A stretch of DNA of 64,000 nucleotides from an uncultured Clostridia bacterium (lineage in GTDB: Bacteria; Bacillota; Clostridia; Christensenellales; UBA1242). The notes beneath the pieces are model-generated. The model ran no database searches. It was given only the letters and a program-made list of their open reading frames with translations, and was not told where the DNA came from. Position numbers and translations under genes: made by a program. The stretch is from assembly GCA_934754475.1 (NCBI GenBank), contig CAKVHV010000004.1, positions 13,660-77,659 of the forward strand. Direction: 5' to 3'. Of this stretch, positions 19,710 through 29,018 are shown one piece after another (position 1 is the stretch's first letter; each line of letters begins with the position of its first letter).

Positions 19710-22700
19710 TTAGGAACCCATTTCATTATCTGCTTCAAAGTTTTTTCTTTGTTCTTCCAATTTCTTTTTTTCTTCTTGACTAAGATTATCAGTTTCCACA
19801 GTTTCTTTTGAAGTTTCGTCTTCAATTTTTTCAGATTCTTCGCATGTTGTCACATTATCCGGAGATAATAATTCAGCATTTGCATCTAGTTGGTCAAATG
19901 TTGGTCCATATTTTTTTGAAAATTGAACACATAATTGTGTGATTTTTCCTATCATGCTTGTAAATCTTGCATCATTTGCAATCAACGCTTGAACTTCACT
20001 TGCATTTTCACAATCATTCAAACTCTTCATCATATCATCAGTAATCAAATTGCCTATTTGGCAACCATTAGACCATTCTGTAGTGATTGATATAATAGTG
20101 CCTAGTGCATAAGTACTCATATCCTTAAGCACAGTTGCCACTTCTTGTTTACGACCTTCAAAAGGTCCAGAATTTGGACAATGAGCAATAACTTGTTGAT
20201 ACTTCAATGCACCATTATATGGCATGCCAGTGTTAGCAACTTTTTCTTCAATTGCCTTGCTAATCTCTCTTTTATATGCCTCATAGGCTTTTTCGAGTGT
20301 AACAGCTACACCATATTTAACACCATCTTTATCCATGTCAATTTGTTTATCAGTTATATAGTTAAATACTTCTACTACATCGCCTAATTGTTTTCTTGCT
20401 GTTTCATCTAAATTAGTTAAATTTGTAGAATTCGAACCCAACAAAAGTCCTATTCCCGCCCCCAACAATTTGTATGTATCAAAAGTTTTGTCTGCTATGC
20501 GCAAAAAGTTGCTTGGAGTCTCAGTATTTGCTGTTTTATCTTCTTCCCCACGTGCTTTTTCTTCGTCATTTACATGAGTCTCTTCGGTTTTGCCGTCTTC
20601 AGAGTCAGATTCAGATTTTTCTTCGTCAGGATTTTTGGATTCTTCGTCACCTGCTGTTTTCTCGTCATCAGTTTTTTCTGTATCTGCGGTTTCACCCGAA
20701 TTGTCCGATTTTTCGTCGCTAGGATTAGCGGGGTCAGTCTCTGGAGATGTCTTATCATCGTTAGTATCCAAATTACTTTGGTCATCTGCACCTTTGTCTT
20801 GACTATCTTTGCCATCAGTTCCAGGAGTTTTTGGAGCATCACTTCCGTTTTTTGCTCTCAAACGAGCACGGTCATCTGCAGTAAAACCAAACTGGTCGGT
20901 TACCTTATCTTCTCTAATCATGGTATTCTCTATCATTTTGAGCCAATCATCAATGATTTTTTCAGTTGTTTTTCCGCAATAAGGTTTAAATTTCTTTATC
21001 CAACCAGCAGTATCAAAAGCGGCATTCTTTTGACCATATTTACGCCAAGTGTATTTTTTTGCATCGTCATTTTGTTCTTCTTCGTCATCTTTTTCTTGGG
21101 CGGTTGGGTTACCATTTTTTTCTTGACCTGATATTCCTGACGCTTTTTCTCTTTCGTAATTTTCAATAAATTGTCTCTGTTCAGGAGTCAATTTATTTTC
21201 ATCCATGTTTTTGAGAGCATTATAACGGGAATCAGCTTCTAATTGTTTTTGTAACTTTGTATGTCTGCTAGCTTCTGTTTCTGTTTTTGCCTTGTTTGTA
21301 TATGTATTATTTGTTTTGTCTGTATTTCTGCCTACTTTGTTAACCAAATTAAACAATTCTTCATCACTGAGTGTTTCGATATTCACATTACCATCTGTCA
21401 ATGATTTGTTAACACCATCATTTACAGCCATAGCATAGTCTAATGCTCTATCGTGATTTGCTTTGTAAACATCTCTATTTTTAAATCCGTCACAAGCATC
21501 AACAAATATATCAATATCAAAATTAGGGTCACTAATAGCACCCGAAATCAAACCTTTGATTTCTGGCAATTCTCTTCTTACTTCGTCGGTAAGACCAATT
21601 AGACCATCGTTGTCGATAGCTCGATTGTATAGACCAACGATATCAGCCATTGATTTGTCTGGGAATCTATCTCTAAGCTTTTTTTCAAGTCTTTTGTAAA
21701 CATTATCTTCACTTGATGTATAGATACGTTCAAATCTTCGATAAATATTGTATTTTTCAATCGCTTCGATGATGTCTTGATTATTTTCGTCTTGAGCCAA
21801 GATATTTAAAATATCGTAGTCTTCGAGTTCTGATGCCGATTTCAAGATTTCTTCGGTTTGAGATTGTCTTTTCCCTTTTGAAGGTGTCATTCCCAAGTAT
21901 TCCGCATTTACCGAATTAACTACTTCAGCAAAAGTGCCATTTTTGAAAAACTCTTCAAGTGCTGGATAAATAAACTTAGTATAAGCACCTTCTACGATAT
22001 GGTTCTCACCAAGTTCAAGTTGATAAACACCAGTAGTTGGGTTCATTTTTACATTCAAAAATTCGCAATTGCCAAAGTTTTTCAAAAGAGTGCCGATACT
22101 TTTGGCAACATCTTCTCTACTTAAATCCGGTGTACTTTCAAGTATTTTTTCAATTGCTGTTTTTTGGAAACTTGAAACCAATTGCACTTCGGCTTTGGCT
22201 CTAAGCAATTCGCTATAAAGCCTAGATTGTTCGGGATTAAGAGTAGATACTCCCATATCTCTAAATCTATCTAATTGTTGGTCGTATTCACGCAAAACAT
22301 CAGTTATCTCAGAGTAGCCTTCAAATTGTGTGGCTGATTCAAGATTATGAGCATATGCTACTTCGGTCAAGTCTTCAAGTCTCTTGAGTGTCAAGCCTTT
22401 GAGATATCTATTTGAGCCAAACTCGTCGCCAAGTGCATTTTCAATAATGTCTTGTGCTTGTTCACTTAGTCTATCTCTAAATAGACTAGCTAGTGCTAGT
22501 TTGGTTGCATCAGTTCTAACTTTGGAGTTCTCGGTTAGTTCAAATGCTTTCCATTCGGAACTATCCATATTATAGATTAAATCTGCTTTTTCGATACTAG
22601 CATTTATATCCGACATTTCCTTTCTATAACGGAATCTATCGGCTAAACTAAGTTTTGGTTTTGCAAGTTGTTTGTATAGTTCAAAAATACCTTGAGCGGT

Positions 22701-23501
22701 TATAACTGTTCCATTTCTATCTTCGCCATGAACATTTAGATAATTATCTAGGAAACTTTGGATTTGTTCATTTGGGATTTTGAAAGGTTGAACTTGACCA
22801 TTTTGGTCGTAATATTCAAGACCATTATTATTTTCTTGACTCGAAATTACCCATTGGTCGGTCGATTCGTCAAATTCAAGAGTTGTTCCGCAGAATTTAA
22901 GCGCTCTAACAACTTCCAAATCCATTTGACGTTCACTTTTTTGGTTGATTTGCAAATCGTCTTGTGAAATTAATTTTGCATAAGCATCAAGTCCAAAAGA
23001 GTGCGCTTCATTAGCACCAAGAATGGATTTATCCATACTCTTTAGGCTCTTTGTAATTGCTTCAAAGGCTTTGAGATATTCTTCGTGAACAGTCGCCATG
23101 GCTGGATTACTTAGTTTGTAAGCTTGCGACTCGTATCTTTTGACAATAGCAGTTGCACGGCTCAAAAAGTTAAGGACTTTTTTGAGTTCCTTTGGACTAT
23201 AATTCTTGTAACTATCTTCTTTTAAAAACTCAACGTCTTTTAGTCCAGAAAATTGAGCCATATCCTTGGTTCTATCCACAAAGCTACTTATTGCACCGCC
23301 TACTTTGGCAAGAAGTTCGACTTTGTTGTTTGACCAAGTTGACAATCTATCATATTTAGTGTCTTTTCTGATTTTTTGTCCCAAAGTCGATTCCTTTTCA
23401 CCCAAGTAAAAAGTATCTACTCTATCATAAGTATGCTTTGAATACTTCACCAATTTTTTGAGAAGTTTTTGAGAGTCTAACTCTAATTTTTCTTTTGCCA
23501 T
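19710..23501 (-). CDS. Giant T4SS-associated protein B (1263 aa), function unknown
   Basis: Uninterrupted ORF, AAGGCGG RBS. No signal peptide or TM helix and no catalytic motif recognised. Polyacidic tract near residues 880-980. Shares a ~135-aa module with the 1760-aa protein. Confidence 0.8.
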   Translation of the reverse strand: MAKEKLELDSQKLLKKLVKYSKHTYDRVDTFYLGEKESTLGQKIRKDTKYDRLSTWSNNKVELLAKVGGAISSFVDRTKDMAQFSGLKDVEFLKEDSYKNYSPKELKKVLNFLSRATAIVKRYESQAYKLSNPAMATVHEEYLKAFEAITKSLKSMDKSILGANEAHSFGLDAYAKLISQDDLQINQKSERQMDLEVVRALKFCGTTLEFDESTDQWVISSQENNNGLEYYDQNGQVQPFKIPNEQIQSFLDNYLNVHGEDRNGTVITAQGIFELYKQLAKPKLSLADRFRYRKEMSDINASIEKADLIYNMDSSEWKAFELTENSKVRTDATKLALASLFRDRLSEQAQDIIENALGDEFGSNRYLKGLTLKRLEDLTEVAYAHNLESATQFEGYSEITDVLREYDQQLDRFRDMGVSTLNPEQSRLYSELLRAKAEVQLVSSFQKTAIEKILESTPDLSREDVAKSIGTLLKNFGNCEFLNVKMNPTTGVYQLELGENHIVEGAYTKFIYPALEEFFKNGTFAEVVNSVNAEYLGMTPSKGKRQSQTEEILKSASELEDYDILNILAQDENNQDIIEAIEKYNIYRRFERIYTSSEDNVYKRLEKKLRDRFPDKSMADIVGLYNRAIDNDGLIGLTDEVRRELPEIKGLISGAISDPNFDIDIFVDACDGFKNRDVYKANHDRALDYAMAVNDGVNKSLTDGNVNIETLSDEELFNLVNKVGRNTDKTNNTYTNKAKTETEASRHTKLQKQLEADSRYNALKNMDENKLTPEQRQFIENYEREKASGISGQEKNGNPTAQEKDDEEEQNDDAKKYTWRKYGQKNAAFDTAGWIKKFKPYCGKTTEKIIDDWLKMIENTMIREDKVTDQFGFTADDRARLRAKNGSDAPKTPGTDGKDSQDKGADDQSNLDTNDDKTSPETDPANPSDEKSDNSGETADTEKTDDEKTAGDEESKNPDEEKSESDSEDGKTEETHVNDEEKARGEEDKTANTETPSNFLRIADKTFDTYKLLGAGIGLLLGSNSTNLTNLDETARKQLGDVVEVFNYITDKQIDMDKDGVKYGVAVTLEKAYEAYKREISKAIEEKVANTGMPYNGALKYQQVIAHCPNSGPFEGRKQEVATVLKDMSTYALGTIISITTEWSNGCQIGNLITDDMMKSLNDCENASEVQALIANDARFTSMIGKITQLCVQFSKKYGPTFDQLDANAELLSPDNVTTCEESEKIEDETSKETVETDNLSQEEKKKLEEQRKNFEADNEMGS

Positions 23502-23542
23502 TATTATGACCGCCTTAAATTAATTTTTGTGCATTTTTTAAA

Positions 23543-26500
23543 CTATTGCATATTTTCCAATTTTATTCTATTAAAGTATTGTTCAAAAGCCTTTTGACAA
23601 GACGAAACACCTTCACGATAGAATACGTCACGATTAAGAGCTTTTTGCATATCTGTTGGAGTCTTGAGTCTATTGACTGTTTCGACTACTGTTGAAATAT
23701 TGTCTCCAATTTTGAAGATATTTCCGTTGTTACTTAGGTTAATTGAAGAGAACTTGGCAATAAGGTTTATGCCCAATTCTTCGGAGTTAAGTATATTTGC
23801 TACTTCTTCCAAATTCTTAACAATTTCTGCAAATTCTTCGGTTGCTTCGAGTTCCTTGACAACATAAGCAAATGGACCTAGTTCGTGTTCTTTGTCTATA
23901 ATAAATCTAAACAAATATTGTTCGACAAAGCCCTTGATATTACATCTAATTGTTTGATTGTTAGGAAGTGCAATTTCCAAGTCTTTTTCTTCGCTATCTA
24001 TGCTTGGCAAAGTTCCACAAAGACCCAAAATTTGTCTTAGTTTGTCTACTGTGTCTTGCAAAGAAATATATTTATCGTCCTTGACTGCTTTTTCAAAGCC
24101 ATCATAAATACCCTTGAAAATTACGTCTATGTTTTTGATTTTGATACGTTCTTTTTGTTCTTCTTCTTGAGTTTCATCGTCTTGTTTTTGTTTTTCTTCC
24201 ATAGTTACGACTTTTTCGGTGTTGAGTTCAAAGTACTCAGCCATTTCAAGTTCGTAACCATTTATGTATTCTTTGTCTCTTATTTGAGCAAGCAAGGTTG
24301 TTCTTAATTCCTTTTTCTTGTCGGCAAAGAACTCTTCGAGTTCAGGGCAAACAATTCGTTTGTCTTCGCCATACTTTTCAAACAAGTCGTTTAGAGCAAA
24401 GTACATAAATAATCTTTCGTAGTGTTCGATTTCTTCGATTGAACTATAAATTTCTGGATGTGGATTAACCAAGTCTTCACTCATTGTATTAAAGCCACTT
24501 TCCAAAGTTTCAATAGTTTCCTTCTTTTCGTCAGTAGTTTTTCTATCAAAACTATTTGATTCCATAAGCATACGATTGATATAAAGCATTCGATTGAAAT
24601 ATAGCGATGCGTCGTCATTAATTGCATCAATAAAGTCGATATATCTTTCGCATCTTGACATCATAACATTACGAATAACCGAAGTGATTTCAAGTCTAAC
24701 GTCTTCGCTCAAATCACTAAAGTATGAATTAATCTTACTTAAACTCAAAATATCTTTTTCATAAAAATCTTCTTTGAGATGAGTTTTGTCTTTTTCAAGA
24801 GCATACTTTCTTCCAAAGGCAAGTAGTAATGCAAAATCAAGAAGTCTTGTTTTGTCTAGTACAAAGCCCGGACGAACGTACCATTTGTCGTCGTCGTAGT
24901 TGTAATTTGCTTCGTTTTCGTCACGTTTTTCTTTTTCCTTGCTAGCAAACTTAACCAAAGGAACTATTGGAGTTTTGGTTTCTTCGTACAAAACTGTTGC
25001 TTTGACGTCAATTTTTTCTCTTAATGCGTCAACCAAGTTTTCCATAAACTTGACACCCGAAGCCAAATAATATGGTTTGAGTTTTAGTAGCAACTTGTTG
25101 TAACCCCCATTGAATTTGTAGAGTACTCCAAATAGATTTGTTACATCACTCTTCAAATCCATATCTTCGTTTCGAGTTGTAACGATGTCGTTTTGCTCGT
25201 AAGATAGAACTTTGTTAAACTTGATATTTGTATCGGCATTTTCTTTTTGTTTAAAGTATATGCTACGTGGATAAGTACCAAGTCCACTATCCTTGTTATC
25301 TTCGTTTTGAATGATGACATTTTGACCTTTGATAGAAAAACTCAAATAGTCAAGTAGTCTGCTTTGGATTTGTTCTTTGTCAATCTTAACTGTTGGAATT
25401 TCGTTGTTTTCGATACGAGTAATAAGCGAACTTACATAAGTTTGTTTCATCTTGCTGGAATATTCTTCGTAAGTGCGTCTAACGTTTGCATCAGCCGAAA
25501 TTGTCTTGACAAGGGTTGCAATCAACTCACAACTCTTGATAACACCAGACTTAATTTTTTCTGGAACATATGATTCCAAATCGCCTTGGAATTTGTGTTC
25601 TATCAAATCTTTGAGTAAATCAAAATTAACCGAACTTATCAAATCGTTATAGTCACTAATTACAATATCAAGCATATTTTGTGGAACATACTTGGTCAAG
25701 AATTTTCTTAAATCAGATTTGTAATCAAACACAGCCAAATTGCTATCAAGAGTGCTAAGACCAGATTTTGCCATAGCATTTTTGACATAACGAATGTGCA
25801 TATCGGATATGATTTGTTCTGGGGTTTGGATTTGTGCTTTTTTGGTCTCCAAATATGAGTACAAGATATTGTTGTTTGTGAGCAACAAGAATTTGTATCT
25901 ATCATAAGTTGCATAGTCTTCCAAGTAATTTCCGTATGTGGTTACACCTTTGTTTTCAAATCCAACAACAAACGGAATAACACAAGGCTCAATTCCTTCG
26001 CTGAATGTATCAAAAGCCTGATAGTCTCTATTATACATTGGAACATTTGGAACTTGCATACTAGGCATCATGTAGCCCATTGGAGCAATTCCAACAACTC
26101 CGGTTGGAGCGCCCATGCCTACAACTCCCGGCATAGCACCAACTACACCACCAACTTGATTGCCACCAATAGGAGCAGTTTGATTAAATTGAGAGCCACC
26201 ATTTGAATTAGAACCGCTAGGTGCTGTAGCCCCTGCATTGCCATTAGCATTTGTATTTGAATTTGTTGGAGTAACACCGCCATTTGAAGCACCCGCACCA
26301 GAAATATTGTTTTGACCAAAATTGCTTGGGGCTTTTTTGGCATAAGTCTCTCTAGTTGGAAGTTCGTCGTTGTTTCCAAGAATAATAGGAGATGCACCAC
26401 CAACTGTTCCAATACTTCTAGCAAAAGTTGGTGATTTTGCAAACTCAGTGCTTTCGCCTAGGTTATTTAGTACTCCCACACCACCTGCATTGCCGACAAT

Positions 26501-28825
26501 ACTGCCATAAGCATTGATATAAGCATTTGCGGATTTGATTCTTTCTTCCTTTTGAGACTTTTTGAGTGCTTCACGGATTTTGTTTTCTTCCAAAATCTTT
26601 TGATGACTTTCGTCACTAATCCTTGCGGCCGTGGACTCAATTGTCTTGTCGACTTGCGAAAGTTTCTCTTCACGTCTAACAGGTTTCTCGTTTGGTTTTT
26701 GATAGTAATACATAACTTTGCCTTTGTCGAAAGCAAAATTAATGTCTGGAACTTCGGACAAAGTTTCTTTCAAAATACTAAGTTTTTCGTCAATAGAAAC
26801 TTTTGAATTTGACATACTTGCCTTATCATAAGCATCGTTAAGTTTGGATTTGACAAGTTCTTTTTGAGATTTTGCATATAGAAGCAAAATTCTAAAGTTA
26901 TTTTTTGATTTAATCAAGTCTTCTTTGGATTCACGATACTCGATATTTCCAATCTTTTGAGTAATGTCGTCAATCTGTGCTTGATAATAAGCGATTTGCT
27001 GATTGCTGTCTTTGGCTTTGTCATAAGACAACTTTTCTATCAAATCTTCGTATTGTTTCTTTTTTGTTATATATTCATTTTGGTCGTCTTGTTGAAGAAG
27101 GAATATTTTTTCCTTACGCAAATAATCAACAGTATAATTGTCGATTATGTCTTGAACAAACGCACGCATATCTTGAATCGAAGAATGTAATACATTTATA
27201 ATACGGAATGCGTTGTCTTCGATTCTCTCTACTCTAAGCCTGTTTACTTTGATTTCGTCCAAATCAATATCTAAGCCAAAATCTCTAGAAATATCCCCAA
27301 TTCTATAATCACTTATGTTTAGTTGGTCAGGAGACAAAATGTCGCCTTCATTTAAGAACTCTTCCATCATATCGCCAATAACAAGTCTCTTGGCTTGTTG
27401 TTTGATATGAACTCTATTTGAACCTTCGTCACGTTTGTCTTTGTTGGAGTAGTATTCGGCTTCAAAAATCTTTTGGAAGTTCTTCCACTCTTCGGCATTA
27501 CGACTATACTTTCTTATCGCATCCTTAAAGTATGCCTTGGCATTACGATTGTTGTTCATTGTTCCAAACAAATCGCTAAGTTCGGTTGCACTACGTGAGT
27601 TGATTCCCAAACTCTTTTCGGCTTCGTTGATGTAAGCAATAAACACTTGTCCCGGAGTTATGTACTTACGAGTTTCAATTGGCTGATTTAGGAAAGTATC
27701 AAGGAATTTGTTACAAGCCTTTTTGCTTAGAGCAAATGCTTTTTCTTGTTTGCCGATATAATACTTAATTCCGTTTCCGTTATTTGTGTTTTTGACAATA
27801 TAAATTCCAAGTTCGTCTTTGTCAACACTAACACCCACATAACTAAGTGCAGCAACTATATCAAAATCTTGTTGTTCTTTGTTTTTCTTAATCTCGCTTT
27901 CGATGTTTTTCTCAGTTGGGACATCTTCGTAGCCTTCGAGACAAACGTCATCAAAAATTGTTGTAGCGGTCTTAATATTGACGGTGTCGACTACTTTTTG
28001 TTTGTTCAAAATTGGCAAGTACTTTCCAAGAACGATATTATAAACAGCGACTTTTTCGATTTCGTCGTTGACCATTTCAACTGGCGCACGATTTTCCTTG
28101 AGTGCATCAATTTTTCTTAAAACTTTGTAACGATAGTTAAGAATACGCACTATATTTCCAAGCATCTTGGCCGAAATATCTTCAATGTCATTTATTTGGT
28201 CGGGAAGGTCGATGTATTCACTCTCGTCAACATAGTCCGGCATGTCTTCGTCCGATTCAAATTCGCTACCTGCCAAGTTTTCGTCTTCCTTAGCATCAGG
28301 TTCGTCGTTTGAATTTTTGTCAGTTACATCTGAACTTTCAGCATCGGCACTCTCCAAATCTTCCTTGGAAGTTTCGTCTGTGTCGGTGTCATTTTCGTCA
28401 GTATTTGGCTCGTCTGTGTTGGAGTCGTTTTCGTCTTTGTCAGCACTTGACTCTTGAGAATCGGCTTGTTTATCCTTATTAGAGTCCAAAGACTCTTCGT
28501 CAGACTTCTTGCCAGTCTTTTCGATGTCTTCCATAACTCCGTCAACCGCTTTTAGTAGGTTATCCAAAACATCGTAATCGGAATCCTGATTAAGACTATC
28601 TAATTTAATATTTGCTAGATATGTATTAATGATTTTGAGTAGAGTTAATTTGTCTTTTGGCCACGAAAACAAAGGGGTATCGAGTTTGAGACTGGCTATA
28701 ATTCCCCTTTTGTACTTGAGTGTGGCTTTGGTATCATTAAGATAATCAAAGTAATTCTTTAGTTTTTTGTTTCCATTTTTCTTCAATATTGTCACTTTGC
28801 ACCCCACAAAATTTGTAAGACTCAT
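23543..28825 (-). CDS. Giant T4SS-associated protein A (1760 aa), function unknown
   Basis: Uninterrupted ORF with its own promoter. Polyacidic tract at residues ~105-215, Gly/Asn/Ala/Pro-rich tract at ~770-900. No signal peptide or TM helix and no catalytic motif recognised. Confidence 0.8.
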   Translation of the reverse strand: MSLTNFVGCKVTILKKNGNKKLKNYFDYLNDTKATLKYKRGIIASLKLDTPLFSWPKDKLTLLKIINTYLANIKLDSLNQDSDYDVLDNLLKAVDGVMEDIEKTGKKSDEESLDSNKDKQADSQESSADKDENDSNTDEPNTDENDTDTDETSKEDLESADAESSDVTDKNSNDEPDAKEDENLAGSEFESDEDMPDYVDESEYIDLPDQINDIEDISAKMLGNIVRILNYRYKVLRKIDALKENRAPVEMVNDEIEKVAVYNIVLGKYLPILNKQKVVDTVNIKTATTIFDDVCLEGYEDVPTEKNIESEIKKNKEQQDFDIVAALSYVGVSVDKDELGIYIVKNTNNGNGIKYYIGKQEKAFALSKKACNKFLDTFLNQPIETRKYITPGQVFIAYINEAEKSLGINSRSATELSDLFGTMNNNRNAKAYFKDAIRKYSRNAEEWKNFQKIFEAEYYSNKDKRDEGSNRVHIKQQAKRLVIGDMMEEFLNEGDILSPDQLNISDYRIGDISRDFGLDIDLDEIKVNRLRVERIEDNAFRIINVLHSSIQDMRAFVQDIIDNYTVDYLRKEKIFLLQQDDQNEYITKKKQYEDLIEKLSYDKAKDSNQQIAYYQAQIDDITQKIGNIEYRESKEDLIKSKNNFRILLLYAKSQKELVKSKLNDAYDKASMSNSKVSIDEKLSILKETLSEVPDINFAFDKGKVMYYYQKPNEKPVRREEKLSQVDKTIESTAARISDESHQKILEENKIREALKKSQKEERIKSANAYINAYGSIVGNAGGVGVLNNLGESTEFAKSPTFARSIGTVGGASPIILGNNDELPTRETYAKKAPSNFGQNNISGAGASNGGVTPTNSNTNANGNAGATAPSGSNSNGGSQFNQTAPIGGNQVGGVVGAMPGVVGMGAPTGVVGIAPMGYMMPSMQVPNVPMYNRDYQAFDTFSEGIEPCVIPFVVGFENKGVTTYGNYLEDYATYDRYKFLLLTNNNILYSYLETKKAQIQTPEQIISDMHIRYVKNAMAKSGLSTLDSNLAVFDYKSDLRKFLTKYVPQNMLDIVISDYNDLISSVNFDLLKDLIEHKFQGDLESYVPEKIKSGVIKSCELIATLVKTISADANVRRTYEEYSSKMKQTYVSSLITRIENNEIPTVKIDKEQIQSRLLDYLSFSIKGQNVIIQNEDNKDSGLGTYPRSIYFKQKENADTNIKFNKVLSYEQNDIVTTRNEDMDLKSDVTNLFGVLYKFNGGYNKLLLKLKPYYLASGVKFMENLVDALREKIDVKATVLYEETKTPIVPLVKFASKEKEKRDENEANYNYDDDKWYVRPGFVLDKTRLLDFALLLAFGRKYALEKDKTHLKEDFYEKDILSLSKINSYFSDLSEDVRLEITSVIRNVMMSRCERYIDFIDAINDDASLYFNRMLYINRMLMESNSFDRKTTDEKKETIETLESGFNTMSEDLVNPHPEIYSSIEEIEHYERLFMYFALNDLFEKYGEDKRIVCPELEEFFADKKKELRTTLLAQIRDKEYINGYELEMAEYFELNTEKVVTMEEKQKQDDETQEEEQKERIKIKNIDVIFKGIYDGFEKAVKDDKYISLQDTVDKLRQILGLCGTLPSIDSEEKDLEIALPNNQTIRCNIKGFVEQYLFRFIIDKEHELGPFAYVVKELEATEEFAEIVKNLEEVANILNSEELGINLIAKFSSINLSNNGNIFKIGDNISTVVETVNRLKTPTDMQKALNRDVFYREGVSSCQKAFEQYFNRIKLENMQ

Positions 28826-28885
28826 GTGTGCGTTAGTCTTAAGAAATACTACTTTCCCAGCATACTAACATACTTATACATGTTT

Positions 28886-28914
28886 AGTTTACCACACTTG
28901 AGTTGTTTTTACAA
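28886..28914 (-). promoter_or_regulatory. Promoter for the giant-protein genes
   Basis: On the minus strand: TTGTAA (28909-28914), 17-nt spacer, TAAACT (28886-28891). Same -10 hexamer as the pilin-like gene promoters. Confidence 0.5.
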
Positions 28915-28948
28915 ATTTTTTAATATATAAATATATTAAAATACAAAA

Positions 28949-29012
28949 AAACCAACGATATTTTTAGGTCAAAACCCCCAAAGGAATTGGTTGTTTTTGA
29001 AATCGTTGGTTT
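28949..29012 (-). terminator. Terminator/attenuator after virB4
   Basis: 11-bp stem aaaccaacgat / atcgttggttt with a structured ~42-nt loop, followed on the minus strand by TTTTTTGTATTTT. Confidence 0.55.
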
Positions 29013-29018
29013 GATTAA

